From: the human T2T-CHM13v2.0 reference genome, Homo sapiens | Assembly: GCF_009914755.1 (NCBI RefSeq) | Contig: NC_060929.1 | Length of the DNA stretch: 64,000 nt | Direction: 5' to 3' (one strand) | Part shown: positions 1 to 15,059 of the stretch, one piece after another | How positions within the stretch are numbered: position 1 is the first letter of the stretch | Layout of the letters: each line of letters starts with the position of its first letter | Translations under genes and position numbers: made by a program | Notes under the pieces: model-generated | What the model saw: only the letters and a program-made list of their open reading frames with translations | Told to the model about the DNA's origin: nothing | The model's database searches: none

Positions 1-1625
1 ACTTGCATAAGGTTGCAATCAACTTCTCCCAAATTCCTGTTAATGTTGATATCGTGGCGTCTTCCCATGAATCAGAAATGTTCTTAATGGCATCTTGAAT
101 GGTGAATCATTTTCAGAAGATTTTCAGTTGACTTTGCCAGATCCATCAGAGGAATAACTATCTATGGAAGCTATAGACTTACAAATGTATTTCTTAAATA
201 GTAAGACTTGAGGGTTAAAATTATTCCTTGATCAATGGGTTGTAGAATGAATGTGGTGTTAGCAGGCGTGAAAGCAACATTAACTTCCTTGTACATCTCC
301 AACAGAGCTCTCAACTGAGGATAGGTGAATTTCACAAGTAATATTTTTAAAGAAATCTTCTCATATGAGAAGTAATATTTTTTAAAAGCATTTTTTTTCT
401 AAGCTGCAGATCTCAACATTGGGCTTCAAATATTCAGTAAAGCATGCTGTAAACACATGTGCTTTCTTCTGGCTTTGTTGTTCCATTTATAGAACAAAGA
501 CACAGTCAATTTAACATAATTCATAAAAGCCCTAAAGTTTTTGAAACAATAAATGAGCAATGGCTTCATCTTAAAGTCACCAGCTGCATCAGCCTTTAAC
601 AAGAGACTCAGCCTGTCCTTTGAAGCTTTGAAGCCAGGCATGGACTTCTCCTCTTTAGCTAGGAAAGTTGTAGATGGCATATTTTTCAATAGAAGGCTGC
701 TTTTATCTCCATTGAAATCTGTTGTTTAGTGTAGCCACCTTCATCAATTATATTAGCAAGATCTTTGAGGATAACTTGCTGCATCAATGATCTTAGCTAG
801 ACCTTTAGGATAACTTAGTGTAGCTTCTACATCAGCAATTGCAGCCTTACCTTGCATTTTTATGTTATGGAGATAGCTTCTTTATTTAAACCGATTAACA
901 AACCTCTGCTAGCTGCAAACTTTTCTTCTGCAACTTCCTCACCTCTCATAACCTTCATAGAATTGAAGAAAGGGAGGGCCTTGCCCTGAATTAGGCTTTG
1001 ACTTAAAGGAAAGTTGTGGCAGGTTTAATCTTCTATCTTGACCACTAAACCCTTCTCCATATTAGTAATGAAGCTGTTTTGCTTTCTTTTCATTCATGTG
1101 TTCACTGGAGTAGCAATTTTAATTTCCTTCAGGAACTTTTTCTTTGCATTCACAACTTGGCTATTTGGTGCAAGAGGCCTAGCTTTCAGCCTAATTCAGT
1201 TTTTGTCATGCCTTCCACTAAGCTTTATTATTTCTAGCTCTTGATTTAAAATTAGAGATGTGTGACTCCTTCCTTTCACTAGAACACTTGGAGACCATCA
1301 TAAAGTTATTAATTGGCCTAATTTCAATATTTTTGTGTCTTGGGGAATAGAAAAGCCTGAGACAGAGAGAGAAGGGGAAGAGCTATTTGGTGGAGCAGTC
1401 AGAATACATACACATTTGTCGATTAAGTTTGCCCTCTTCTATGGGTGTAGTTTGTGGTGCCCCAAAACATTTACTAAGTTAAGTAACCTCAAAAATCACT
1501 GATCACAGATCACCATAACAAACAAAACAATAATGAAAAAGTCTGAAATACTGTGAGAACTACCAAAATGTGACAGAGACACAAAATGAACACGTACTGT
1601 TTGGAAAAATGGTGCCAACATTTAC
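1..1625 (-). mobile_element. Tigger1 DNA transposon (TcMar-Tigger), decayed; runs off the window start, left terminus missing
   Basis: Minus-strand ORF 426-689 has MPSTTFLAKEEKSMPGFKASKDRLSLLLKADAAGDFKMKPLLIY, typical of Tigger1/pogo transposase. 1490-1620 is the reverse complement of the Tigger1 subterminal region. Confidence 0.93.
426..689 (-). pseudogene. Tigger1 transposase remnant (start of DDE domain), non-functional
   Basis: EEKSMPGFKASKDRL and AAGDFK.KPLLIY motifs; frame disrupted on both sides. Confidence 0.85.
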
Positions 1626-1629
1626 TCTG

Positions 1630-1940
1630 AAGGGGATTGTTTCCAGGGTGCCCACAGATACCAAGATCCATAGATGTCCAAGTCCTGTACATAAAATAGT
1701 GTAGTATTTGCATATAACCTGTGTACATCTTCTTTATCTTTTAAATCCTTTCTAGATTCTTATAACACCTAATAAAATGTAAATACTCTTCAAATAGTTG
1801 ATATACTATATCCCTTAGGGAATAATGACGCAAAAAGTGTACATGTTCAGTACAGACACAATATGAAAATATATATATTTTAAATCCCCAGTTGGTTGAA
1901 TTAATGGATACAGAACTCATGAATAAGGAGGGCTGATGGC
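1630..1940 (+). mobile_element. MER2 non-autonomous TcMar-Tigger element, 5' TIR missing
   Basis: GGGGATTGTTTCCAGG...GTAGTATTTGCATATAACC...GTACATGTTCAGTACAGAC...GGAGGGCTGATG matches the MER2 consensus. Confidence 0.88.
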
Positions 1941-4900
1941 ATATGTTTTTTGAACAAAACAAAAGGAAACATTAGATATAGGAAGTTCTCCTTTAAAATA
2001 AACTACAACTGACTAAAGTAAATTCCATTTTAAAATGACTAACATCAAGAAATTCTTCAGAAATCAAGTTAATAGCTCCAGTTCAAAAAACACCAAAAAC
2101 CATTTTTATGCTCTTTTTTAAAAAGTCAAATGATGACATTTATTCTATTTTATTGATTTAATAGGGCATCTCACAGAACGGTGGAGCTGGAAGGTTTTTT
2201 TCACGTTAATCTCACTCGATTTCCGCTCTTTGTAGATGAGGAAACTGGGCAGGTTGATATATGCGTATTGGAGCAGGCATTGTGAACCTGTATATTGTGG
2301 TATCTAAGAGACAGACACATTAAAAAAGGATTATGAAGCTGTAAACTCATTCTCTTTTCCTCTTTGAGATTATAATTTATAGGAAGAGGGAAGATGCCAT
2401 GCTTATCTCCTAAGTCTTATTACTCAGGCTCTTTTCACTTTCATTTTCTGATATCACGGTTGTAAAAAATGCACAAGCGTTTTTAGAAAGCAAGTCATGA
2501 ATTTTCTATGTGTCTAACTACCATCTCTCCCATCATAGGACAAACTGACAATCTGTGCGGAGTGTTGCAGATTCCTCACTGCCACAATAACACATGCCTC
2601 TAAAAATGCCATACGGGTCTTCTTCCTGCTCCCCTTGTTGGGAACAAAACTGATACAGAAGGTTTGGGCTGTGAGTCAAGAAAGTAGATAAACAAACGGA
2701 ACTAACAGTTGGGAGTAGGATTAGAGAAAATGTTCTCCTGAGATTGCTATTGTTAGGAGAATGGATAAGACTGTTAACAATAAAGGAAAATAAAGCAATG
2801 CACACACACAAAAAAGACAAAGTCTAAACGTGCTGCCAGCAAATAGGGCAAGAGAAAAAATTGGGTGCAGTGGGAAAAAAAAAATCATTATTTTTCCCCC
2901 CTTGAAAAGTGTTGGCTCAGCTTGTATGTTGTTCTTTTAATTTTCTCTTTTAAAGTTATGTTAATTTCGTTTACAGAGTAATTATTCATTCATGGCTTTC
3001 CCTAGGCATCTAGTTGTTTATGGAGTCATGTATTGTTCAGACACAATTTTTTCCTACTTTGGCCCATTTTGAGGCAGGTTAAATGAAGTGGGAAGTTGTC
3101 ATTTGCTGGTGGGAACTGATAAATCTGGGAGCCAAAAAATATAATTTGAGCTCAGTGAACATTTTCTGTAAGATCTCTTTTAGAGGATAGAGCAATGGTT
3201 GATTCCTGATTTCTTTGAATATTGACTACAAATTAGTCCATTAAAATAAGTGGTCAAATACAGAAACAAAGCAGGCAAATCAGCTATTGGAAATCTTATA
3301 AACATCAATACTAGAAACTGTTCAATTGACAAGTAAACTATGCTTAGGAAAAGATGAAGTTCTGACCCATGGAAGGCCTTTGTTTCTCATTCTAAAAATG
3401 ATGATGTTGAATTCGATTATCTAAAAGGTCTTTTTCACTTCTAAATTTTAGATATGTTTAATTAAAACTTGTATTATTGAATACCACTAGGGTAAAAGAA
3501 AAAATTTGAACAGTTAAACTCACGACAGGATTTGACATCTGCCTTACTGATTGGACCAAAACAGCTAAATTTATAATCTATAATACTGCATTTCAGACTA
3601 AAGCACTTTATTTTCAATTTAACCTAGTAGTTCACATGCTGTTTTAAATTAACATTTGCCTATCAATATTCATGAGATATCTTTATCTTCTCCCCCCAGA
3701 AAAGAGCAATTCAGCCAAATATCAGTTAAGATATAATTTAGAACAACTGGAAAATATGCATAGTCTGATTATTCAGTGAAATACTCTATATAGTCATAAA
3801 TTGATATCAAAATGCCTAGTATTTTAACAAAATTTGATTTTAAACATCAGAGTAACACATTTATAAAACAATTTAGAAGAAGTTAAAGAGGTTTGAACCC
3901 TAATTTATAGTCTAGGTCTCTGATTCTTAAAGCTCTGTGAAACCATGAAAGACTCAGTGGAAAATTGCCCAGAGTTTTAACTTCCAGCCTTGTAAAACCG
4001 AGCAACATCTTTTTCTTCCATGTTCTCATAGTTTCTGAAAGGAAAAAGAAGGTTTCCAGATTTCAGGCAGTGGAAGAACACCAACAAAAGGAAAGAGGTT
4101 GGCAATGGTAAATTGAAGCAGGAAGCCAGATATTTACCCTTTTAACTGGGACACTTTGTCACAGGGCTGAATGAAGTAAATCAGCATTAGGCTCTGAGAA
4201 GAGAATCTTTGTTTTAGTAAACATAGACAGAAAGAAAACTTGCTGGTAGTAAAATATATACAGTAGCTTAGTAACTTAATAGATTATGGATCATGTGTAT
4301 GTGTGTGCATGTGACTTTTCTTCTCTTGAAAATATGGCAACTTGTACTTTTGAACTGAAAAGGAATCCTGTGTTATTAATAACTAATGAAGTATTTTAAT
4401 TCTGAAACTGACAGAGGTAAGAGGAGAGTTAAGGTTTAAACTGTGAAGATTTCAGGCTTTTAGGGATTTTTATCCAGATCCCTCACCTTTCTACAATATA
4501 GCTTTCAAGTGTGAGTATAATTAACACTTCTCCAAAATAATTTTCTTACTGTTGCCTAAATTATCATCCATTTGCTACTTAAGTCTGAAACATTATTCCT
4601 TAATCTCCTAATTGTCTTATCCTTTTTGTTATTTTTCTTCACATCAAGGAGGAAGTTGGTTCATTTGTATAGACTACTCCTTTCTTGTCAGAGTGATATC
4701 TCATTGGCATTTTTTGATGTATTTTCCTCAGTAAAATTGTTAAATTTATCCATCTTATTTTATTATATAGCTATCATCTGCTTTAATTTAACATGATAAA
4801 AACATGCCTCTCTCACCTTTAAAAATATTATTTATTAATCCAAGCACCTCACACCTTTTTTATAAGCCAATACGTGAGGCACCTGAATTAATTCTAATGG

Positions 4901-5809
4901 GCTAAGGTGTAAAGGCTTTTGAAAATTAGCATCTACTTCATAGCTAAATGTAAGGTAATGTGGCTCATAATAAGCCCTTGAACACTTCTGAAAAGGAAAA
5001 TGTGCAGCTTGCAATTTTAATGTAATAGTCTTTAGTAATAAATGCACTCCCCTTCCAGTTCCTGTCTCCATCTATTCTTCCCACTTTTGGGAAAGAGGAA
5101 ATGTTATACCCAGTCTAAACACGGATATTGACAAAAGGTGTCTTCAGACTCCTTATCCTGCCAGATATTTACTGTTTTCCTTACTTATTACACCCTGAGG
5201 CAGACACCCAACATAAAAATACTCTGTTCTCTCTCTTCTGTTTGTCTTTAAAAAGCCACTAATAATTGCATTTTCATAAAGAGTAAACAACTGGCAAAGG
5301 CTTCAATTTTTACTTCTTGAATAGGGCATTTCATTTTGTAGAGAAAAACCTTTCAAAATCTATGAGTAGGTATCTAATGTTGAATTCTTATCCATTAGTC
5401 TTTCAGTAAAGGAAGTCAAACCATTGCCCCTGAAACTTGTGATAAATTCTGTAACATTCATAATAAATAGCATCATAATTCATGAAATTTGACATAAATA
5501 TGTAGTACTACCTAATAAAAGACAAAACTAAATTTAAACAATTTGTGACTCTAGATCCTCAATTAACTGCCACTGACAGCTTACCTTCTTTTAACCTTTT
5601 GTATTGTCCTAATTTCAGTCTTTAAAAATTTCTGCTTGTTATTCAGTTACTTCCTCAGATAAGGCTTTCCTGATTTGAGAGACTGGATCCAAACTCATGC
5701 AGTATACCTATAGTACCTTGTAAGTGTTCTTCATGGTGTCTATTAGAAAAGAAATTTTATACTTCTTTGTGTGTTATTTCTATAATGTCCTTTTTATTCA
5801 CTTTTTTGT

Positions 5810-6060
5810 TTAGAAATGTTTATTTCACCTTCATTTTGAAGTTATTTTCGCTAGTATGATTCTTGGTTTAATTCACCTTCATTTTTGAAATTACTTTTGT
5901 TGCTATAGAATAGAATTCAAGGTTGGCTGTGATTTTCTTTCAGTATATTAAAGATGGCATTTCCATTATCTTGCTACATTCATTATTTTTTTTTGAGAAG
6001 TTACATGTTAATTTTCTTGTTGGCAGTTTGTTACTAATGTATCTTTTAAATGGTACTCTT
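5810..6060 (-). mobile_element. Old L1M fragment (antisense)
   Basis: TATTTCACCTTCATTTTGAAG...TATAGAAT..AGGTTGGC is typical antisense L1M sequence. Confidence 0.6.
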
Positions 6061-6064
6061 AAGA

Positions 6065-9000
6065 TCAGCTCCTTGTCTTACCTTATTCCTGTCCCCCAAT
6101 TTCATGCTTCACAGTATCATTGAAAACTAACAGCTCATAATTGCAGTGAAAACTAGCAGGCTGGTAGCCCCTTGGAAGGACCAGAACAGGTTTGGAGCTT
6201 TTTGAAAGCTTCATTTTGTCATTATTTGACCTGTCTGGTGGGTCATCCCCACTGAAAGGATGTCTTTATTTTGCCTTACTTGAAGCATCCCCAACCCCAA
6301 ACCCCCTCCCCCGACAAGTGCAAGAGCCTTGTGCCTGGCAATGTTTGTCAAAAACAATTACAGGCTATCATTTAACTTTATGGCTGCCAGAGGCAGTAAA
6401 AACAGTGCATAAAAACAATAGACTAACTACAAAGCTTAAAAGGAAAAACTAGGGAATGAAATAATCCTAGAGTCTTTGTAAACGTCTGACATATCTCTGA
6501 GAATCGAGAAGGCAAGATGCATGCCTAGAGCTGTGTATATGCCCTAGGCTATGCACATGTTTAGAAAAGAACTGAGAAGTCCATACATCATCACATCAGA
6601 CTAACCATGACACTCTGTATAAACAGGAAGTCGAAGCTAAAACTAAATTCTCAGTTGTCTGGTGAGTGTTGAAAGTAAGCCTTCAGCAGAAACTAGGAGT
6701 CTTATTGGTTCCAGACATTTAAGAATCTCTGTCCACTTATTATGTGACAACCAAGATAACTGAGCAGAGACTTCAAGAACCACAAAAGAAAAAGAATACA
6801 GCCTATACAGAATTAGTTTAGAAAAATTCCTAAATAAATAAACGTCAATAAACAGCAATAAGCTTGTGAAGGTTTGGAGAGTCTAATTTTAGAAGTCACC
6901 ATATTATATTATTTTATATGCCTAGTTTTTCACCAAAAAAATTCAATGTATATAAAATAAGAAAGTATAGTACATACAAAGGGAAAGAAACCATTAACAG
7001 AAAATATTTCCAAGCAAACCCAGACATTGGACTAACAGACAAATAATTTAAATCAAGTATTTTAAATATGTTTCAAGAACTAAAGGAAACCACATCTAAA
7101 AAACTAAAGAGATGTAAGAGAGCAATGTCTCACTCCCACTGAGTACAGAATATCAATACAGTAATACAGAGATATAAATTATTTTAAAAAGAAGCAAATG
7201 CAACTACCTAAGTTGAAAAGTAAAATAACAAAATATACCTCAGGGGTTAAAAAGTACATTTGATCAGTCAAAAGATGAAATTAGCATGTATAAAGGCAAG
7301 TTTATTGAGATTATCCAGTATAAGTAACATCTAGAAAGAAGACTGAAGAAAAAGAACAGTGCCTCAGAAACCTAGGACATCCTAAAGCATACCAACGTAT
7401 GCAATGTGGGAGTTCCAGGAAGAGAAGAGAGAAAGAAAAGGGTCAGAAAGAATTTTTGAAGAAGTAATTAACCTAAATTCTCCACATTTGATGAAAAAAA
7501 TACTACACATCTAAGAAACTCAACCAAATCTTAACAGGATAAACTAAAAAAGATCTACACTAGCCACATCATAATTGTCAAAAGCCAAAGGCAAAGTATT
7601 GAAGGTAGCAAGAAATAAGTGACTCATCATGTAAAGGAAACTTTAATAAAGATTAACAACTGATTTCTAATCTAAACTATGGAGGCCAGAAGGCAGTGGG
7701 ATCACATATTTAAAATGCTGAAAGTAAAAGATAGTCAACATAGAATTCTATATTCAGCAAAAACATCTTCCAAAATAAAGGAGACGTTAAGATGTTTTCA
7801 AACAAACAAAACAAAAACAAAATCTGAGAAATTATGTCACTAGTATACCTACCCTAAAGAAAATAATAGCAAGAGTTCTGCAGACTGAAAGGCACGAGAC
7901 AATAATTCAGTTTCACATGAAAAAATAAAAAATACCACTAAGGGCAATAACATATAAATATTCAAAAAAATATAAATATGTATATTTTTGTTTTTAACTC
8001 TTCTCTCCTCTCTGATATAAAAGACAACTGCATGGAGCAATAATTACAAATCTATGTTGATGGGTACATGACATATATATAATTTGCATGACAATACCAG
8101 TGCAAAGTGGGGGAAGCAGCAAAGTTTTTGTATGTTATTTAAATTAAGGTGATATTAATCTGAACTAAAATAAATTAAGATATTAATTGTAATACCCTAA
8201 ACAACCACTAAGAGAACAAATTTTAAACTAGCAAAAGTAATGACAAGGGAATTCAAGTGTCACACAAGAAAATATTTAACACAAAAGAAGGCAGCAATCA
8301 AAGAATAGAGAAATGAAAACATACAAGACAACTATAAAACAAATATCAAAGTGGCAGACATAAAATTCTACTTTATCTGTAATTACATTTATATATAAAT
8401 TAAACACTCCAATTAAAAGGCAGAGATTGGCAGAATTTATAAAAATAACATAACCATATGCTGTCTATAAGAAATAGACTTTAGATTCAAAGACACAAAT
8501 AGTTTGGTAGTCAAAAGGCAGAAAAAAATATAGGCGAGACCAACAAGGAGTGGGAGTGGCTATAATAATAACAGGAAAAATAAATTTTAAGACAAAATTT
8601 GTTACTAAAGACAAAGACATTTTATAATGATATGGGTCTCTCTAGTGGGTCTGTTCACAATTTATTAACAGGAAATGGCAAGTTTAAGTATATATGCCTG
8701 CCTTTGGCAACAGATACCTAAAATACATGAAGCCAAAACATAAAGATCGAAGGGTGCAATAGAAAATTCAACAATACTAGTTTGAAACTTCAAAGCCCCC
8801 CATTCAGTATTGGCTAGAAAAACTAGAGAGACTATCATAAAGGAGAAGACTTAGACAACACTATAAACCAACTAGATGTAACAGACATCTGTAGAATAGT
8901 TCACCCATCAGCTGCAGAATACACGTTCCTCTAAAGTGTATATGGGACATTTATGGGATGGACCATATGATATAGGCCATAAAATAAGTTTTAGTAAATT

Positions 9001-9195
9001 TAAAAGGACTGAAATCATACAAAGTTTGTTCTTTGACCCCAATGGAATGAATTAGAAATCAACAACAGAAGTAAACTTGTGAAAGTCATACAAATATGTG
9101 GAAATTAAACAACACATTCCTAAAACAATGTGTCAAGGATAAAATAACAAGAGGAGTTAGAAAATTTATTAAAATGAATCAAAACAAAAACTCTA
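6065..9195 (+). mobile_element. Old L1M (L1MC/L1MD-like): 5' region, decayed ORF1, and ORF2 endonuclease region; 3' part absent
   Basis: A-rich strand. ORF1-like GGAGTTCCAGGAAGAGAAGAGAGAAAG and GGAGGCCAGAAGGCAGTGGGAT. ORF2 EN-like CTCCAATTAAAAGGCAGAGATTGGCAGA, GCAGAATACACGTTC and TGTGGAAATTAAACAACACATTCC. Confidence 0.85.
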
Positions 9196-9323
9196 GTATC
9201 TGAACCACCAGTGGATATGCTTCTAGTATTTATATTTTTCTGTTAACAAACACATTTACTAGCTGTTTTGAATGTCTGTTAATTTTTTATTGTAGGCCAG
9301 AGCTACTTTAGAAAAAATAGTTT

Positions 9324-9597
<274 letters not shown>

Positions 9598-10315
9598 GAA
9601 TAATTTGAAGCTGCTGACGATGTCATCTACCCCCAGAGAGACTTTTCTTTTTTCTCTATTTAGCAGATATGGTGAGAAGCTGATGATCTCAATTCAATCA
9701 GGAACTAAGCTGGTTTGGGTATACACTGCAGTTTCACAAAGACTCAGTTTATCTCAGTTTTGATTTTGTTTAGGAATTAGCCCTCCTGTGATTTTATTTG
9801 AGAGCTTGACTAGTATGTGTCTCTTCAGTCCTAAAAGCCTGTGGGAAAAGTTTTTTTCTTTCTTCAGAAGTTCCTAGCTCATCTCTTTCTGGTCATCATT
9901 TCTGCCAAATAAAGCTTCAAAATCAAATAAGGGAAAGACAGGCAATATGCTTGAGACAGACTCCTTCTCTCTAGTGGACCTGTTTTGTAAGCACTGTGGG
10001 GAAGCACAAGCTTTCACTTTGTCTTGTAGAAGCTTTTAATAAATATACAGCCTAGTTTCTCGGACTTCTGCACAGCCCAAACTCAGCTAATTGCCTATGG
10101 AGGAAACTGGTTATGAATTTGAGACCACTGACATTTTTAATTTATTCAATCACCATGTACTCAGTAGAATTTTGTTGGTTTCCTTTCCAGAACACCCACA
10201 AGGATCAACAAAGATTCTTTGCCTAGGATTAGTCTGATCTTCATTCTGTTCATACCCATAATCAGCAAATATCCCCAAGAAGAAAAATCCTCTCTTTAGG
10301 ATTTTAGGATTTTAG

Positions 10316-10645
<330 letters not shown>

Positions 10646-12014
10646 CTCTCTAATGCTTTTAAAAGTATGATTTTTAAAATTGTATCCAACGGTAGTATTG
10701 GACTTCCATGAACTTTAGGAAAGTGAAAGTTGCATTTACTGTGTTTTAGGAGCATTGCTTTCCATATCAAGCACAATGTTTCAGAAGAAAAAAAGGGTGA
10801 GAAAGAAGTAGCTGCCCAATGAGAATGACAAGAGATAAGTATGGTCAGATACGATAATAATTATAATGAAGTAAGTATTAGATAATGCAAGTAGTCTTAT
10901 AGATCTCGGGAATACTAGAACCCTACAGCTTTTTAAACAAAACCTAATTCAACCTGTCCATTTTATAGGTGGAAAATACAGAGACCAAGAGGAAAATTGA
11001 CCTATTGTACCCTATTTCCTTTAGGTTTTCTTCAGCTACAATTTTTTGGATATTGTTTATTCCACTTCCACATGGAATCCCCAGCAAAATCAGCTACCCT
11101 ACTTAATTTAAGAAGAAGCCCCTTTGAATATTTAGATACTAATTAATCCTTCAATCTAGCTATAAAATATATTTGCTTTTGTACTTTACTTGAATTTTTA
11201 ATGCAGTGACCATCTTCAGCAGGAGCAAAACTATGAGCACAGTCTAATGAGCACTGATAAATATTACATTTCCTTACACTGAACAAATTCTTGCTCCCTG
11301 CTGTTTCCCTAATAGCTTAAATTAGCAGGCCATGATTGCTGGAGTTTCATTGCTCTTCATCAGAGAAATGGCTGTGATTGTCTTTTTTCCACACTGCATC
11401 CATTCATCACAGAGACTCTGAGCTGTAAATATAAATCATTTCTATTACTAATGACACAGCCTGTTTTATATTAACTATCTTCTATTCTAGTGATGTATCT
11501 TAAAGTTTTTTTACTGATATCATTTGTTATGCTATTATGTAATATGACAGTCTCTATAAGATATTGTTTACATCCATATTTCATTCTCACAACTGATTTT
11601 TGGGTTACACATTGTCATATTAATTTTGCAGATAGGGAATAAAAGGTCACAGAAGCTTGATCTGCTAAAAAAAAGTGGCAGAACAAAAATTTTAGTCCAG
11701 TTCTGTCTCCCAAGCCCACATTCTTTCCACTTCTGCAAGTTGTCCTCTTCCTATTCAGGTCTCGAGACATTCTTTTCTGTGCAGGTCTTGCAAATTCTTT
11801 ACAACAAAAAAAGCCAATTCTAGAGTATACAATTTACTCAACATCTATAATTTTAAGATATAACACTACTCCATGGGAAATTGTTGGTACAATCCAGGTT
11901 TGGGTTGCCCCCAGACAGTTACTATATGAGGAAGGGGGTTAATGCTTTAAAAATGATTGATATTGGTACAAAAGAATTAAAATAATTACACTGAATCCTT
12001 CAAAAATTTCTCCA

Positions 12015-12626
12015 TAGCTGGGCACGGTAGTACATGCCTGTAGTCCCAGCTACTAGGGGGGCTGAGGTGGGTGGCTGTTAATTAATTTGGCTTTGCTCTG
12101 AAGGAATACCTGCAATTGGGTAATTTATAAAGAAAAGAGTTTTATTTGACGCACGGTTCTGTGGACTGTACAAGAAGCATGGCATCAACATCTGCTTCTG
12201 GTGAGGCCTCAGGAAGCTTTGAATTGTACCAGAAGGCAAAGGAGGAGCCAGCGTGTCACATAGCAAGAGACAGAGCAAGACGGAGAGGAGGAACTGCCAC
12301 ATTCCTTTAAACAACCAGCTCTCAAGTGAACTAACAGAGCTAGAACTCACTCGTTACCATAGGATGGGCACCAAGTCATTTATGAAGGATCAGCACCCAT
12401 GACCCAAACACGTCCCACTAGGCCCATCTCCAACACTGGAGGTCGCATTTCCACATGAGATGTGGAGGGAACATACATCCGAACCATATCAGGAAGTATC
12501 ACTTGAGCCCAGGAGTTTGAGGCTGTAGTGAGATATGATTGCACCACTGCACACCAGTCTGAGTAACAAAAAGAGGGAGAGCCCCTTTCTAAGAATAAAA
12601 TAAAATAAAATAAAATGAAAATAAAA
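12015..12626 (+). mobile_element. Free Alu monomer (FRAM/FAM-like) split by an MST LTR
   Basis: 12015-12075 and 12492-12626 join into one monomer with a (TAAAA)n tail; TSD-like AAAATTTCTCCA / AAAATATTCTCCA. Confidence 0.85.
12076..12491 (-). mobile_element. MSTB-like solo LTR (ERVL-MaLR)
   Basis: TG...CA termini; GGGTAATTTATAAAGAAAAGAG, TGAGGCCTCAGGAAGC, ACATCCGAACCATATCA. Confidence 0.9.
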
Positions 12627-12811
12627 TATTCTCCAAATTTTATTATGAAAACTTTTAATTATACAGATAAGCTGAAAGGATAGACTAAGAAAAATTCATA
12701 TACCCACTAGCTAGACTTTACAGTTATTTTGCCATATTTCTTTTATATATCTACCTAGCTATAATTTAGATGTATGCCTTTTTCCTGAACCATTGAGATT
12801 AAGTCACAGTC

Positions 12812-13484
<673 letters not shown>

Positions 13485-13706
13485 CAATCATAATAGACAT
13501 TCACTCCTAAATACTTCAGCATGTATCACTTAAAATTTAGTTTTCTGTATAAACATAACTTCATTATTATACCAAGATTAGCAATATTACTTAAAAATTA
13601 CTCTTATTATCTAAAATTCAGTTCATATTCAAAATTCCAAAGTGTCCCTAACAGGTATTTATGTTCACTTTTTAAAATAAAGATATGTATTTTTTTTGCC
13701 TCTTTA

Positions 13707-14024
<318 letters not shown>

Positions 14025-15059
14025 GCTTAATCAGTTTTGGCTCTTTTAATCTCCATAATCTTCCTACCTATCCATCTTTTTTGTTGTTGTTCCTCAGGAC
14101 ATTGACTTTTAAAAGATACTAGAGTAGTTGTTTTATAAAATGCCCTACATTTGAGATATTCTGATTGTCTACTGTATCTCTGAACCTGTGTCTTTATCTC
14201 CTTTAATCCCTGTAGGCTGGTGTTTAGATTTAAAGACTGAATAGATTCAGGTTAACTATTTCTGGCAAACATCTTTCCTGGGTAATGCTGTCTACTTCAG
14301 ATTGCATCTTATTGGGCTGTACACAATGTTAGGTTGCCCCACAATTATTGACAAAAAGGTTGATCACTTGGTTCAGGGAGCAATCATCAGAAGGGTACAT
14401 GTATTTTTTCCCCTTTTAATAAGTTTTTTGACTTACATTGGGCAACTAATGGATTTAACATCCATTAATGACCCTTAGGCTAAGCAAAAATTTCATTGGG
14501 AGTTGTAAAAGGTGATCTTCTAACTCCAACTTCTATAGTTTAAAGGATAATAAACTATCAAATTTCTTCAAAAGACAGCAGGTGAAGTCTTATTTTTGTC
14601 CATTAATCATAAATTTTGTTAGTAAGGTAAGAAAAATTCATTCACAGGTAACTTTCTTTATGTAATAGTTATCTCCAATGTGGCAAATGAATTTATCTTT
14701 TTTTCCCCTCTGTTCTTTTTTCTCTTCACCACCATGAGCTAAAGGACTTTTATTTAGTTCATGTACTACAATGTTTCCTAATCTCACTTTCCCTAACTTC
14801 AAACTGGACTAAGACATTTCTCCAAGAAGCCCTAGTTTCTTTTCATCATGTATGATATGTAGAAAGCAAGATCTGGGCACTAGAGGTGCTTGTTGAAACT
14901 GATGTGTCATTGTTTCTGGGCTCTTTCAGTTGACAGAGGGGGGAAAAAATTACTTCTATCTCTCTGTTGATCTCAGTCTCTGTCTATATATAGTAAATAT
15001 CATTAATTTCTGTTGATATGCCTATTTAATTTTTAAATGGAATAATTTGATGAGAAAAG

